A stretch of 24,254 bases of DNA from a virus. Shown here piece after piece: positions 1 through 7,772 of this stretch. The notes beneath the pieces were generated by a model. That model searched no databases. It was given only the letters and a program-made list of their open reading frames with translations, and was not told the origin of the DNA. Position numbers and translations under genes: made by a program. The DNA lies in the UHGV virus genome UHGV-1570564, one strand, 5' to 3'. The stretch's first letter is position 1, and every line of letters begins with the position of its first letter.

Positions 1-536
1 GTATCAACACGGTTCAGCAATACCCGATACTTTTTCCAGGCTTCCAGCAACGAGGTTTCTTCCTCCGTTGCAATTTCCAGATCTGCAGCATCCTGAAGCG
101 GCGCAATATGCTCACTGGCTACCTGCATCAGGTTGTTTTTTGTTTCTTCCGCCTCCCGGATCCGGAACAGTTTTTCTGCTTCCGTATCCTTCACCCAGGC
201 TGTGCCGTTCCACTTCTGAAACTCCCCTTCCGGCGATAACCAGGTAACATTTTCCGGTAACGGACCGAGTTCAGAAATAAATAACTCGTCCCCTGACGCT
301 ACGTCATAAACCGTTTTACCCCGATGGTCTTCAACGAGATGCCACGATGCCTCATCACTGTTGAAAACAGCCACAAAGCCAGCAGGAATATCTGGTGGTG
401 CAATATCGGTACTGTTTGCTGGCAGACCTGTATGAGGCGGAATATATGCGTAACCTTCACCAATAAATTCATTAGTTCCGGCCAGCAGATTATAAATTTT
501 TATGGTCCGTGCTTGTTCACTCATTCTGAATGCCAT
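1..536 (-). CDS. tfa: Tail fibre assembly protein (Tfa / gpG-like), 5' portion only; 3' end lies beyond the window start
   Basis: Minus-strand ORF with ATG at 536..534, open to position 1. Translation begins [54 protein letters not shown], which I recognise as the conserved N-terminus of enterobacterial prophage Tfa proteins. Start overlaps the tail fibre stop as TAATG. Confidence 0.8.
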   Translation of the reverse strand, partial: MAFRMSEQARTIKIYNLLAGTNEFIGEGYAYIPPHTGLPANSTDIAPPDIPAGFVAVFNSDEASWHLVEDHRGKTVYDVASGDELFISELGPLPENVTWLSPEGEFQKWNGTAWVKDTEAEKLFRIREAEETKNNLMQVASEHIAPLQDAADLEIATEEETSLLEAWKKYRVLLNRVD

Positions 537-3433
537 TATGCAAGCCTCACAATATAATTAAATGCGATGTTTTTAACGGTGTTTTCCGCGTTACCAGCAG
601 CGTTAACGGTGATGGTGTGTCCATGTGAACCAATCGCAACGGAGTGCGTATGCGCACCAATACCTACAGTATGTGCATGTGCGCCAGAACTTGCTGCAGT
701 ACCAGACAGCGAGTGGGTATGAGCACCTGCTGACTGTGTCTGAATACGTTGATAATACGATCTATAGGAAGAAGTCTCCGGGCTTACTTGATACTGTGAA
801 TTCTGGACATAAGTGAACCCACCGCCATCATAAAATGCTAACGCAGAACCGCCGCCTCCTGGCCAACGAATACCATTACCATGAGTATGAACACCGGCAG
901 ACCCCGTAGAGCCACTCAGCCTGTGCGTATGCGCCCCGGTGTTATTCGTGGATTTAGTACCGTAATCAAACGACGATGTGGTTTTCGTACCCAAATCCGT
1001 ACTGGATGCGCTGGCACTGTGGGTGTGCGATTTAATGCCATCCTGTTCCTGAGACAATACGGCCCGACCACTGGCGGGTTTGCCCTTGATTGTCCAGCCG
1101 CGCATATCTGGAATAACACCAGAAGGATAGGCAATAGCCAGTTTCGGATATGCTGCCTTATCAAACGTCTGCCCCTGCATGATTGCATAACCTGCAGGTG
1201 GCGTATCTGATGGCCACGGCAGCGGAACACCTGGCGGAAACGCTTCAATATTTGCCGAGCCGTCAAATTTTACGCCGTTAATTGTCCTTGCCGTTTTCAG
1301 CTTTGTTGCTGTAGCAGCATTGCCGGATAGTTCGCCTGAAAGACCACCGCTGAATGTCTGTTTCGCCATCCATGTCTGAGCTTCGTCGATAATTGGCACA
1401 CGTCTTGTCGTAATCGTGCGGCTTCCCGGATTTCCTGAAATGCGAACCATAAAAAAGCGGTAATTCGCTTTACTTACAGTGCTGCGCCATACATGCATTG
1501 AGCGCCCCGTACCGGAATCATCACTCGGACCAACTGCGATGTTTATCAGGTTGCCATCAATGACGCCCCAGTCCATACCGTCGGGAATATTGGTCATATT
1601 ATCCAGCCGAACGGTTATCAGACTGCCCGGCACAAAATCGTAGGTCTGCCAGTCCAGGCTGGTGAGTTTTGCTACTGCGCCACCGATACCCAGATTCAGG
1701 GGAAGTGAATAAGATGTGTAAACTTCCCGCCATTCGCTCCATGAGCTGCCGGTAAAAACGCGCTCAAACGTGCGGCCTTTAAGGGTTGTACCTGTTCCGG
1801 CAGTTGTATAACGCTGCCATACATTAACACCATCAAACCGCCTCAACACTTCCAGAATGCCGAGTACAGTCACGCCGTTTCCGTCCAGTACTGGACCGTT
1901 GGTCGCTTTACCTGTAACGCTGTAAATACCTGGTGAGGTTACATCATTCAAATCACCTTCGTAATAACGACTCTCTGACTGATGACCGACTCTTAACCAC
2001 GGTTCCCACTGCGGATTTGATGCATCCCAGCTTGCCGCAAGACAGCGGACATACATATTTCCACGGCGAGTGGTATAACGTTGCGTTCTTCCATAATTTC
2101 CGCCTTCGAGGATCTCAAGCATCCCCTGAGCAAAGCCGCCTTCCTCTGGATAATTGCGTTCATATGAAGCTATAGCTGAGCTACTGTTACGCCATAAACC
2201 AAGATGCTCGGCGGCTCCAAGCGTATTCAGGTCTATAGTCGTACTCAAAGGGCGGGTAGCAGATTGAGTGTGACGCCATACGCCCCACGGACCATCAGTG
2301 CCATTCCACTTATTGGCGAGTTTACGCATGTATACATTGCCGTCTCTCGTGGTAAAGCGTTGCGTACCTGCAAAATGGCCGGCAGCAAAAACCTCAAGCA
2401 CACCGACAGCATTATCTTCCGGGAAATTTTTCTCCAGTGTTGCGTTGGTGGATGTTGCTTTAGACCAGATACCTGAATAAGCCTTAACAGGACCAAACGT
2501 ATTCAGATCAGCATCAAGCGGCATTTCGCCATTGTTTTTCATAAACGTCAGGCTGGTAACGCCAACATTGTCCAGAAAAGCTGATTTATCCTGGATATCT
2601 GCACCGTTCTGATTTTTCGCCAGACGTGAATTTGCGTTGTCATTTGCTGCCTTGACCGCTTTTGGCGTTGCCGCCTGCGTTTCAGACGTACTGTTAGTGG
2701 CACTACTGAGCTGAACTATCCCTTTTTGTGCCGTGGTGGCATTCTGGGCGGTATATTTTCCGTCAGCCAGGTCATATGCAGCCTTAACAGCCTTAGGCGT
2801 CGCTGCGAGCTTTTCAGACGTGCTATTGGTGGCATTACTGAGTTGAACAATGCCTTTTGATGTTAAAGTTGCATCAGGATGATTACGTGATTGCTCATGT
2901 TTTACAATAGCTTGCTTAAGCCGCTTTGCTGAAACAGCCAGGGAATCATCTGTACCTGCATCAATTTCTTGTTCATTAGCAAATCTTGCTACTCCAACAA
3001 CAGTTTCGGTTGCGGGAGGGTTAATAAACTCAACATCACCAAATGTAATGTTTTTAGTATCAAGATTTTTAATTGCTATATCACTTGATATTAAAGCAAT
3101 TGTAGAAGATACTTTATTTATTATTACTTGTTCTTGCGAGTATACAGCAAACAATGTTCCTTTATTTGTATACAAACCTATTGTATGGACAACATACTCA
3201 TCTTTACTATCATCCTTCGCAGTTACATGAATGGTATCAGGAGAAACGACTTTGCCTCCTATTGTGGTAAGTCGCTTTATTTCATCTGTTATTTTTGTTT
3301 GTGTGGTTGATGTGGCATAATATCTACTACCTAAACCAACAGAAACGATCTCAACTTTATTTGTTCCAGTCTTGTTGGCATTAACCAGCGCCTTACGCCC
3401 GGCGTCAGTCATCGTAAATAATAATTTACTCAC
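536..3433 (-). CDS. Tail fibre protein (965 aa), P2 gpH-like N-terminal anchor fused to a lambdoid Stf-like shaft and tip
   Basis: N-terminus [19 protein letters not shown] and the [10 protein letters not shown] motif followed by duplicated KGIVQLS(N/S)[17 protein letters not shown] repeats resemble P2 gpH. C-terminus has seven HxH motifs and ends [18 protein letters not shown], typical of enterobacterial side tail fibres. Sits after baseplate genes and before tfa. Confidence 0.85.
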   Translation of the reverse strand: MSKLLFTMTDAGRKALVNANKTGTNKVEIVSVGLGSRYYATSTTQTKITDEIKRLTTIGGKVVSPDTIHVTAKDDSKDEYVVHTIGLYTNKGTLFAVYSQEQVIINKVSSTIALISSDIAIKNLDTKNITFGDVEFINPPATETVVGVARFANEQEIDAGTDDSLAVSAKRLKQAIVKHEQSRNHPDATLTSKGIVQLSNATNSTSEKLAATPKAVKAAYDLADGKYTAQNATTAQKGIVQLSSATNSTSETQAATPKAVKAANDNANSRLAKNQNGADIQDKSAFLDNVGVTSLTFMKNNGEMPLDADLNTFGPVKAYSGIWSKATSTNATLEKNFPEDNAVGVLEVFAAGHFAGTQRFTTRDGNVYMRKLANKWNGTDGPWGVWRHTQSATRPLSTTIDLNTLGAAEHLGLWRNSSSAIASYERNYPEEGGFAQGMLEILEGGNYGRTQRYTTRRGNMYVRCLAASWDASNPQWEPWLRVGHQSESRYYEGDLNDVTSPGIYSVTGKATNGPVLDGNGVTVLGILEVLRRFDGVNVWQRYTTAGTGTTLKGRTFERVFTGSSWSEWREVYTSYSLPLNLGIGGAVAKLTSLDWQTYDFVPGSLITVRLDNMTNIPDGMDWGVIDGNLINIAVGPSDDSGTGRSMHVWRSTVSKANYRFFMVRISGNPGSRTITTRRVPIIDEAQTWMAKQTFSGGLSGELSGNAATATKLKTARTINGVKFDGSANIEAFPPGVPLPWPSDTPPAGYAIMQGQTFDKAAYPKLAIAYPSGVIPDMRGWTIKGKPASGRAVLSQEQDGIKSHTHSASASSTDLGTKTTSSFDYGTKSTNNTGAHTHRLSGSTGSAGVHTHGNGIRWPGGGGSALAFYDGGGFTYVQNSQYQVSPETSSYRSYYQRIQTQSAGAHTHSLSGTAASSGAHAHTVGIGAHTHSVAIGSHGHTITVNAAGNAENTVKNIAFNYIVRLA
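539..1021 (-). repeat. Coding repeats for the His-x-His rich C-terminal tip of the tail fibre
   Basis: Seven HTH/HAH/HGH motifs in the last ~160 aa; the corresponding DNA shows recurring gtgcgtatgcgc / gtgcatgtgcgc / gtgggtgtgcga type segments. Confidence 0.5.
2645..2857 (-). repeat. Two direct copies of a ~27-aa tail fibre repeat ([24 protein letters not shown]), about 130 nt apart
   Basis: Repeat copies at aa 193-219 and 237-263 of the tail fibre; the DNA copies are visibly similar (ttcagacgt(g/a)ct(a/g)tt(g/a)gtggca(t/c)tactgag(t/c)tgaac). Confidence 0.7.
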
Positions 3434-3463
3434 GCTTAATTCCTTGGATTAACAAATCGCAAA

Positions 3464-4045
3464 TTAGCACTCACCAATTAATCGTACATAAGACACAGGC
3501 TGGAAAGCACCGACAATACCAACACCACCTGAAACATTGGTTGCTTGCGAAAATGTAAATAGTGTTCTTGCCGACTTTGCACTCTTGATACTTCTTAACG
3601 TATCCTCCAACATCTCTTTCGAAGGAACAGCACCATCAAAAGAGTTAATCGAAGCAACAATTGAGGCTGTATATGGTTCGCCAGGTGGTGATGTTTCAAA
3701 CCATTCTGTTATGTTTACCTCTCCACCCAAGCTATTTACTACATCTTCAACCGCTGCCCTTGTACCCTTTATTCGCTTTGTTCGTATTATTGATTTAAAA
3801 ACAGAACGCTTTAACAATACAGGCCAACTATCCCTCCATGTATCAGCATTCCATTGCCAAGCTAAATGATCGAGAACAACTGAGTCCAGGTTATCAACAA
3901 CGCTATATATTTCTGTCTTATATATTAAATTGTTAATTGCTTGTAGTTCATCATCAATAGCTTTCGACATAGCTATCACGTTGGGATCGCTAGCTAAGTT
4001 AGGAGGTAAAACATCCAACAAGCTAACATTAAAGATATCAGCCAT
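3464..4045 (-). CDS. Tail/baseplate protein, P2 gpI-like (193 aa)
   Basis: Size and position between the J-like gene and the tail fibre gene, start overlapping the J-like gene end; assignment is mainly by synteny. Confidence 0.55.
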   Translation of the reverse strand: MADIFNVSLLDVLPPNLASDPNVIAMSKAIDDELQAINNLIYKTEIYSVVDNLDSVVLDHLAWQWNADTWRDSWPVLLKRSVFKSIIRTKRIKGTRAAVEDVVNSLGGEVNITEWFETSPPGEPYTASIVASINSFDGAVPSKEMLEDTLRSIKSAKSARTLFTFSQATNVSGGVGIVGAFQPVSYVRLIGEC

Positions 4046-5162
4046 CCTCTAACCCCGCATACTGGCAATTTATATTTCTCTCTCTGGCGACCTGTGTCTC
4101 TCCAATCACAGTAAAAACAGGACTTGATATTTCTAATCTTTTAGCCCCAGCATTTTTTAAACGTTGAATAATTTCATCTGGATTTATATCTCTTCCCATA
4201 ACCGAACGTTGCCATTGTTTATACTCATCAATAGCTTTCTCAACCTCACTTTGAATTAAAGTTGTTCTGTTTTTGTCCGATGAGTTAATCCAGTATTTAA
4301 TTATTATATCGTATTCAATGCTCTCTGGTTTCTTAACAAGAACTTTATCTGTGAATGGTCGAATATTAGTTGCAGAGAGAACGCTATTTATCTGCTCTAA
4401 TAGTTCATTAGAAGGTATATCTCCGTTCTCTAACAAAGAACGGATTTCTACAATTCCGGGCGATGGTGTATATACATTCACATCTTTTATATTCTGATTG
4501 GCTGTTCTTGTCCAATATTTATAAGAATCCTCCGGCCCTGCTGTAGACAGTTTTTCCGGCGACAGTTTTATTCTTTCAGCATAATTATCATCTGACTCCG
4601 TATCAGCACCAGAATTAGATGTTGTTACATTCCTTACGCTGGAAACATACGGCAACGGAGTCACCAACTCATTTATTTGCCCTGGTAAAAAGCCATTCCC
4701 AGATAAACCAGGTATAACAGCATATCCTGAGACTGTACCAACTGTTTTCCCAGCAGGTATTTCCAACAAAATATCTGTTTGGAAAATAACACCATTTCCA
4801 GTTGAAACTTGAGTGCCAGCAGGTATTGTATATATCCCCGATAATTTTGTTGACAGATTAAACTCAAATGTAGTCAAGGCAGATTGAGCTTCCAGCCTAG
4901 GCGTATCCGTCAGATAGCCTATATGGTCGAGATATTCACCTTCACCATATGTAAGAAGGTTTTGTTTTGCAGAAAAATCGATAGCTTTTCTTTGCTGTAT
5001 AATAATCTCACACAATGATAAGATGAATAATCTACGTGGATCAGCAGGTGCTAATGTTTCACCTGTTATACTCTCAAAAGCCCTGATTGAACGAGTTGTT
5101 ATATCAGTCGGGTTAGAATCTGCGAAAGTAATATCTGGCAAACCACCACGCGGCAACGTCAT
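4038..5162 (-). CDS. Baseplate J-like protein (374 aa)
   Basis: Size and position immediately downstream of the W-like gene with ATGA-type overlap; conserved W-J-I-fibre order of P2/Mu-type baseplates. Confidence 0.7.
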   Translation of the reverse strand: MTLPRGGLPDITFADSNPTDITTRSIRAFESITGETLAPADPRRLFILSLCEIIIQQRKAIDFSAKQNLLTYGEGEYLDHIGYLTDTPRLEAQSALTTFEFNLSTKLSGIYTIPAGTQVSTGNGVIFQTDILLEIPAGKTVGTVSGYAVIPGLSGNGFLPGQINELVTPLPYVSSVRNVTTSNSGADTESDDNYAERIKLSPEKLSTAGPEDSYKYWTRTANQNIKDVNVYTPSPGIVEIRSLLENGDIPSNELLEQINSVLSATNIRPFTDKVLVKKPESIEYDIIIKYWINSSDKNRTTLIQSEVEKAIDEYKQWQRSVMGRDINPDEIIQRLKNAGAKRLEISSPVFTVIGETQVARERNINCQYAGLEDG

Positions 5163-5479
5163 TCTCTAACTCCTATCACAAGTTTTGGCCTAATAAAACC
5201 ATCAGAAACGTCCGTTCTTTCAAAAGTAACAGAATGGATAATCGCTCTAGGCTCAAACTCACTAATTTTTTGAATTATTTCTCGTGTTGCTGTAGCAATA
5301 AAAATTGGACTAGGGCTATCAACAAGACTTGAATTAATTCCTAATTTTCTGGCATATGGTACAGTGCCAATTTGAGTATTAATAATAGTAGAGACATTTT
5401 GCAAAACTTCTTCTACAACTGTTTTGGGCGACCAATCAATCGAGTAAGAAGGTGATGATATGGTAAACGTATTATTCAT
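5159..5479 (-). CDS. Baseplate assembly protein W (gp25-like, 106 aa)
   Basis: Small protein with a TQIGTVPYARKLG segment and an EPRAIIHSV motif consistent with the gp25/GPW family; located between spike and J genes. Confidence 0.65.
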   Translation of the reverse strand: MNNTFTISSPSYSIDWSPKTVVEEVLQNVSTIINTQIGTVPYARKLGINSSLVDSPSPIFIATATREIIQKISEFEPRAIIHSVTFERTDVSDGFIRPKLVIGVRE

Positions 5480-5943
5480 AATAATTTACCTAACGCACTT
5501 CTAGTTTTTGACTCTATATTGCCAGCAATATCAACTAATGCTTCTTTCAGAGAGGTCTGTCCGACTTCCTGTAATTTAATGCCGACGATAATCACTCGTG
5601 GATTCCCAGTTGGACCGAAATAAGTCCATGATTCCTCTATATCTGTAATTATAAAATTACCAAAATACTGAATACCAATTACAACAGGATTTACTTCCTG
5701 AATTGATTGCATTGTCCTAAGTAATGAAAGCGCAGCCAATGGAATAATGCCAAGTGTTGTATCCAACCGCATATTAAAACTAACTTCATCCAGATCTGGA
5801 CCTATATCCTCCAGAACAGGTTTAAGCCCAATAACATCATGGCGCGCTACACGACGCTTTGACGTCCTTTTAAAATTGTTGAACGTATTCACCACTATTG
5901 ATGAGGCAACAAAAGGCATTGTACCAAGCATACCCACAATCAT
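5476..5943 (-). CDS. Hypothetical protein (155 aa) inserted between spike V and W in the baseplate operon
   Basis: ORF translationally coupled on both sides (overlaps at 5940-5943 and 5476-5479); hydrophobic N-terminus MIVGMLGTMPFVASSIVV; no motif I can assign. Confidence 0.5.
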   Translation of the reverse strand: MIVGMLGTMPFVASSIVVNTFNNFKRTSKRRVARHDVIGLKPVLEDIGPDLDEVSFNMRLDTTLGIIPLAALSLLRTMQSIQEVNPVVIGIQYFGNFIITDIEESWTYFGPTGNPRVIIVGIKLQEVGQTSLKEALVDIAGNIESKTRSALGKLL

Positions 5944-6560
5944 GCCTGAGCCTCCGTTGTCGGAGCGTATTCCCCCTGAGCTGTGTGATGGTGGCCTTTA
6001 GATTTAATCCCATCAACATCTATATCACCACCAACAACCTTAACATTCCCAGAAATTGTAGCTGCAACACCTCCAGCAGAAGATCCTTTCATTCCACCTT
6101 TGAAGGTTAGTAATCCTTCAACTGTAGCATTTCCGGTAATGATGGTTTCTGGAGCATCAATAGTTACGGTTCCTGTAGCCTTAATGGTTACATCTCCGAC
6201 AGCATCAACAAGGAGTAAATTAGATTCTCTGTCTATCTCAATACGAGTTCCGTTATTAAATCTAATGACGCGTTTATTAACAGTATTAGATGGCGGCTTC
6301 TGTGTTTCATCATAAAAACTACCAAGAATAAAACCTTGTTGCGGCCCCGCGGGATGAAAGATACACAAAACTTGCTCACCAATATCTGGCATCCAGTAAT
6401 CAGCATTCTTATCTGTATTTTTCACAATAACTGATAACTTTGCCGAAGTGACGTTATCCTGATCATCGAAAGTAACTCTTGCTGTAACATCACCATCATC
6501 AATATCAGAAACAACGCCAACTCTTATAGTCTGACGTAATAATGTTTCTAAATCATTCAT
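5940..6560 (-). CDS. Baseplate spike / assembly protein V (gp5-like, 206 aa)
   Basis: N-terminal OB-fold-like region followed by a Gly/Val/Thr-rich beta-repeat stretch (VGDVTIKATGTVTIDAPETIITGNATVEG...ISGNVKVVGGDIDVDG) typical of phage central spikes; position after the gpD-like hub. Confidence 0.7.
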   Translation of the reverse strand: MNDLETLLRQTIRVGVVSDIDDGDVTARVTFDDQDNVTSAKLSVIVKNTDKNADYWMPDIGEQVLCIFHPAGPQQGFILGSFYDETQKPPSNTVNKRVIRFNNGTRIEIDRESNLLLVDAVGDVTIKATGTVTIDAPETIITGNATVEGLLTFKGGMKGSSAGGVAATISGNVKVVGGDIDVDGIKSKGHHHTAQGEYAPTTEAQA

Positions 6561-6562
6561 AA

Positions 6563-7564
6563 TTAATACCCATTAATTACTCTTCGGACATCAATCGAGG
6601 TGGTATAACCACTAGTCCCAATTGAATGCACAGCTTTCGATATAAGATATTTTCCAGAAAATGAACCGAATCCCTCCAGATTTATAGTTACACCAGCTAC
6701 CAATCTGGTGTCTCCAACCAATACTAAAGATCCGGTATTTTGATATCTATTTTTAAGCCGCAAAGCAGCCTTTGCCTTACGTTTTGCTTCATCTAAATTA
6801 GCTACCAGTTTTCTTATCTTAAGATTCGACCCTTCTTCTACGGATGGATCTACCCAAGTATACGAAAGCGACTTTCTTTTTTTAGGTACGCGATATTTGC
6901 ACGTGCAACTTTTATACAAATCTGTAGATTGTGTGCTAAAGCTATATCTGATTATCTCATCAATACCTAACGTAAGCGTAGCGATAGGATCTTTTTGCTC
7001 AAACATCTCTTGAGCAAATATTATTAATTGGCTATCAGTGACCTTTAACGACAACCCTTCATCCTGGCAAAGTCGATGGAGAAATTTTAAATCGCTTTCC
7101 TCCATTTGATCTTCACGCGCATAATATGGATTACTATCACCATCAATAAGAAACAACAGTTCAAGGTTAGCTAATTTAGCTATAGAAGTTGCTATATCTT
7201 TAAGAGTTGTTTTTTCCCATGCATTACTTTTTAAATCACGTCTAATGCCTGATGAAACAGGAACAGAAACAGCAGTTACCTCAACCACAGAAGGTGGTCC
7301 AGAGCAAGTTATGCCATCTACCTGGAATTTCCCGCACTCAAGGACGATTTGATTTATAGGCTTAAAGCTCAAATCAATAAAATCACCCTTTTTAGGTGTC
7401 CAGTCTCCAGACCATTTCCCATCATCATTTTTTAATATAATAGAAATATCATCGACCTGACCATCTTCATTATCTGTATAAGACATTGACAAAACATCAG
7501 GTGACATATGAGCGGTAATATTTACATTCTGATATATAACATCAAAAAGCGTTTTACGTAACAC
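6563..7564 (-). CDS. gpD-like tail protein / baseplate hub (333 aa)
   Basis: Size and position after tape measure and the LysM gpX-like gene, as in P2 (T-X/U-D) and Mu (gp44). Confidence 0.65.
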   Translation of the reverse strand: MLRKTLFDVIYQNVNITAHMSPDVLSMSYTDNEDGQVDDISIILKNDDGKWSGDWTPKKGDFIDLSFKPINQIVLECGKFQVDGITCSGPPSVVEVTAVSVPVSSGIRRDLKSNAWEKTTLKDIATSIAKLANLELLFLIDGDSNPYYAREDQMEESDLKFLHRLCQDEGLSLKVTDSQLIIFAQEMFEQKDPIATLTLGIDEIIRYSFSTQSTDLYKSCTCKYRVPKKRKSLSYTWVDPSVEEGSNLKIRKLVANLDEAKRKAKAALRLKNRYQNTGSLVLVGDTRLVAGVTINLEGFGSFSGKYLISKAVHSIGTSGYTTSIDVRRVINGY

Positions 7565-7772
7565 TATTGCGTCTCCACGGAGGAAAATTGTTTACTGATA
7601 TTGGCATAACCGGAGCATCAGGAACTTTAAGAATAATTCCCGCAGAAAAAAGCACCGTAAAGCGGTGCTCAGTATTAGCATCAATAAGAAGATAAGACAG
7701 GTACTCATTACCATACAACTTTAAAGCGATACTATCCCATGAGTCCCCTTGAACCGTTCTATAATCATCCAA
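7554..7772 (-). CDS. LysM-domain tail protein, P2 gpX-like (72 aa)
   Basis: YRTVQGDSWDSIALKLYGNEY...ILKVPD matches the LysM pattern; small size and position directly after the tape measure gene. Confidence 0.65.
   Translation of the reverse strand: MDDYRTVQGDSWDSIALKLYGNEYLSYLLIDANTEHRFTVLFSAGIILKVPDAPVMPISVNNFPPWRRNSVT

Noticed and set aside
324-557. 77-aa plus-strand ORF overlapping the tfa 5' region
   Set aside because: Antisense to the strongly recognisable Tfa reading frame; no independent support.
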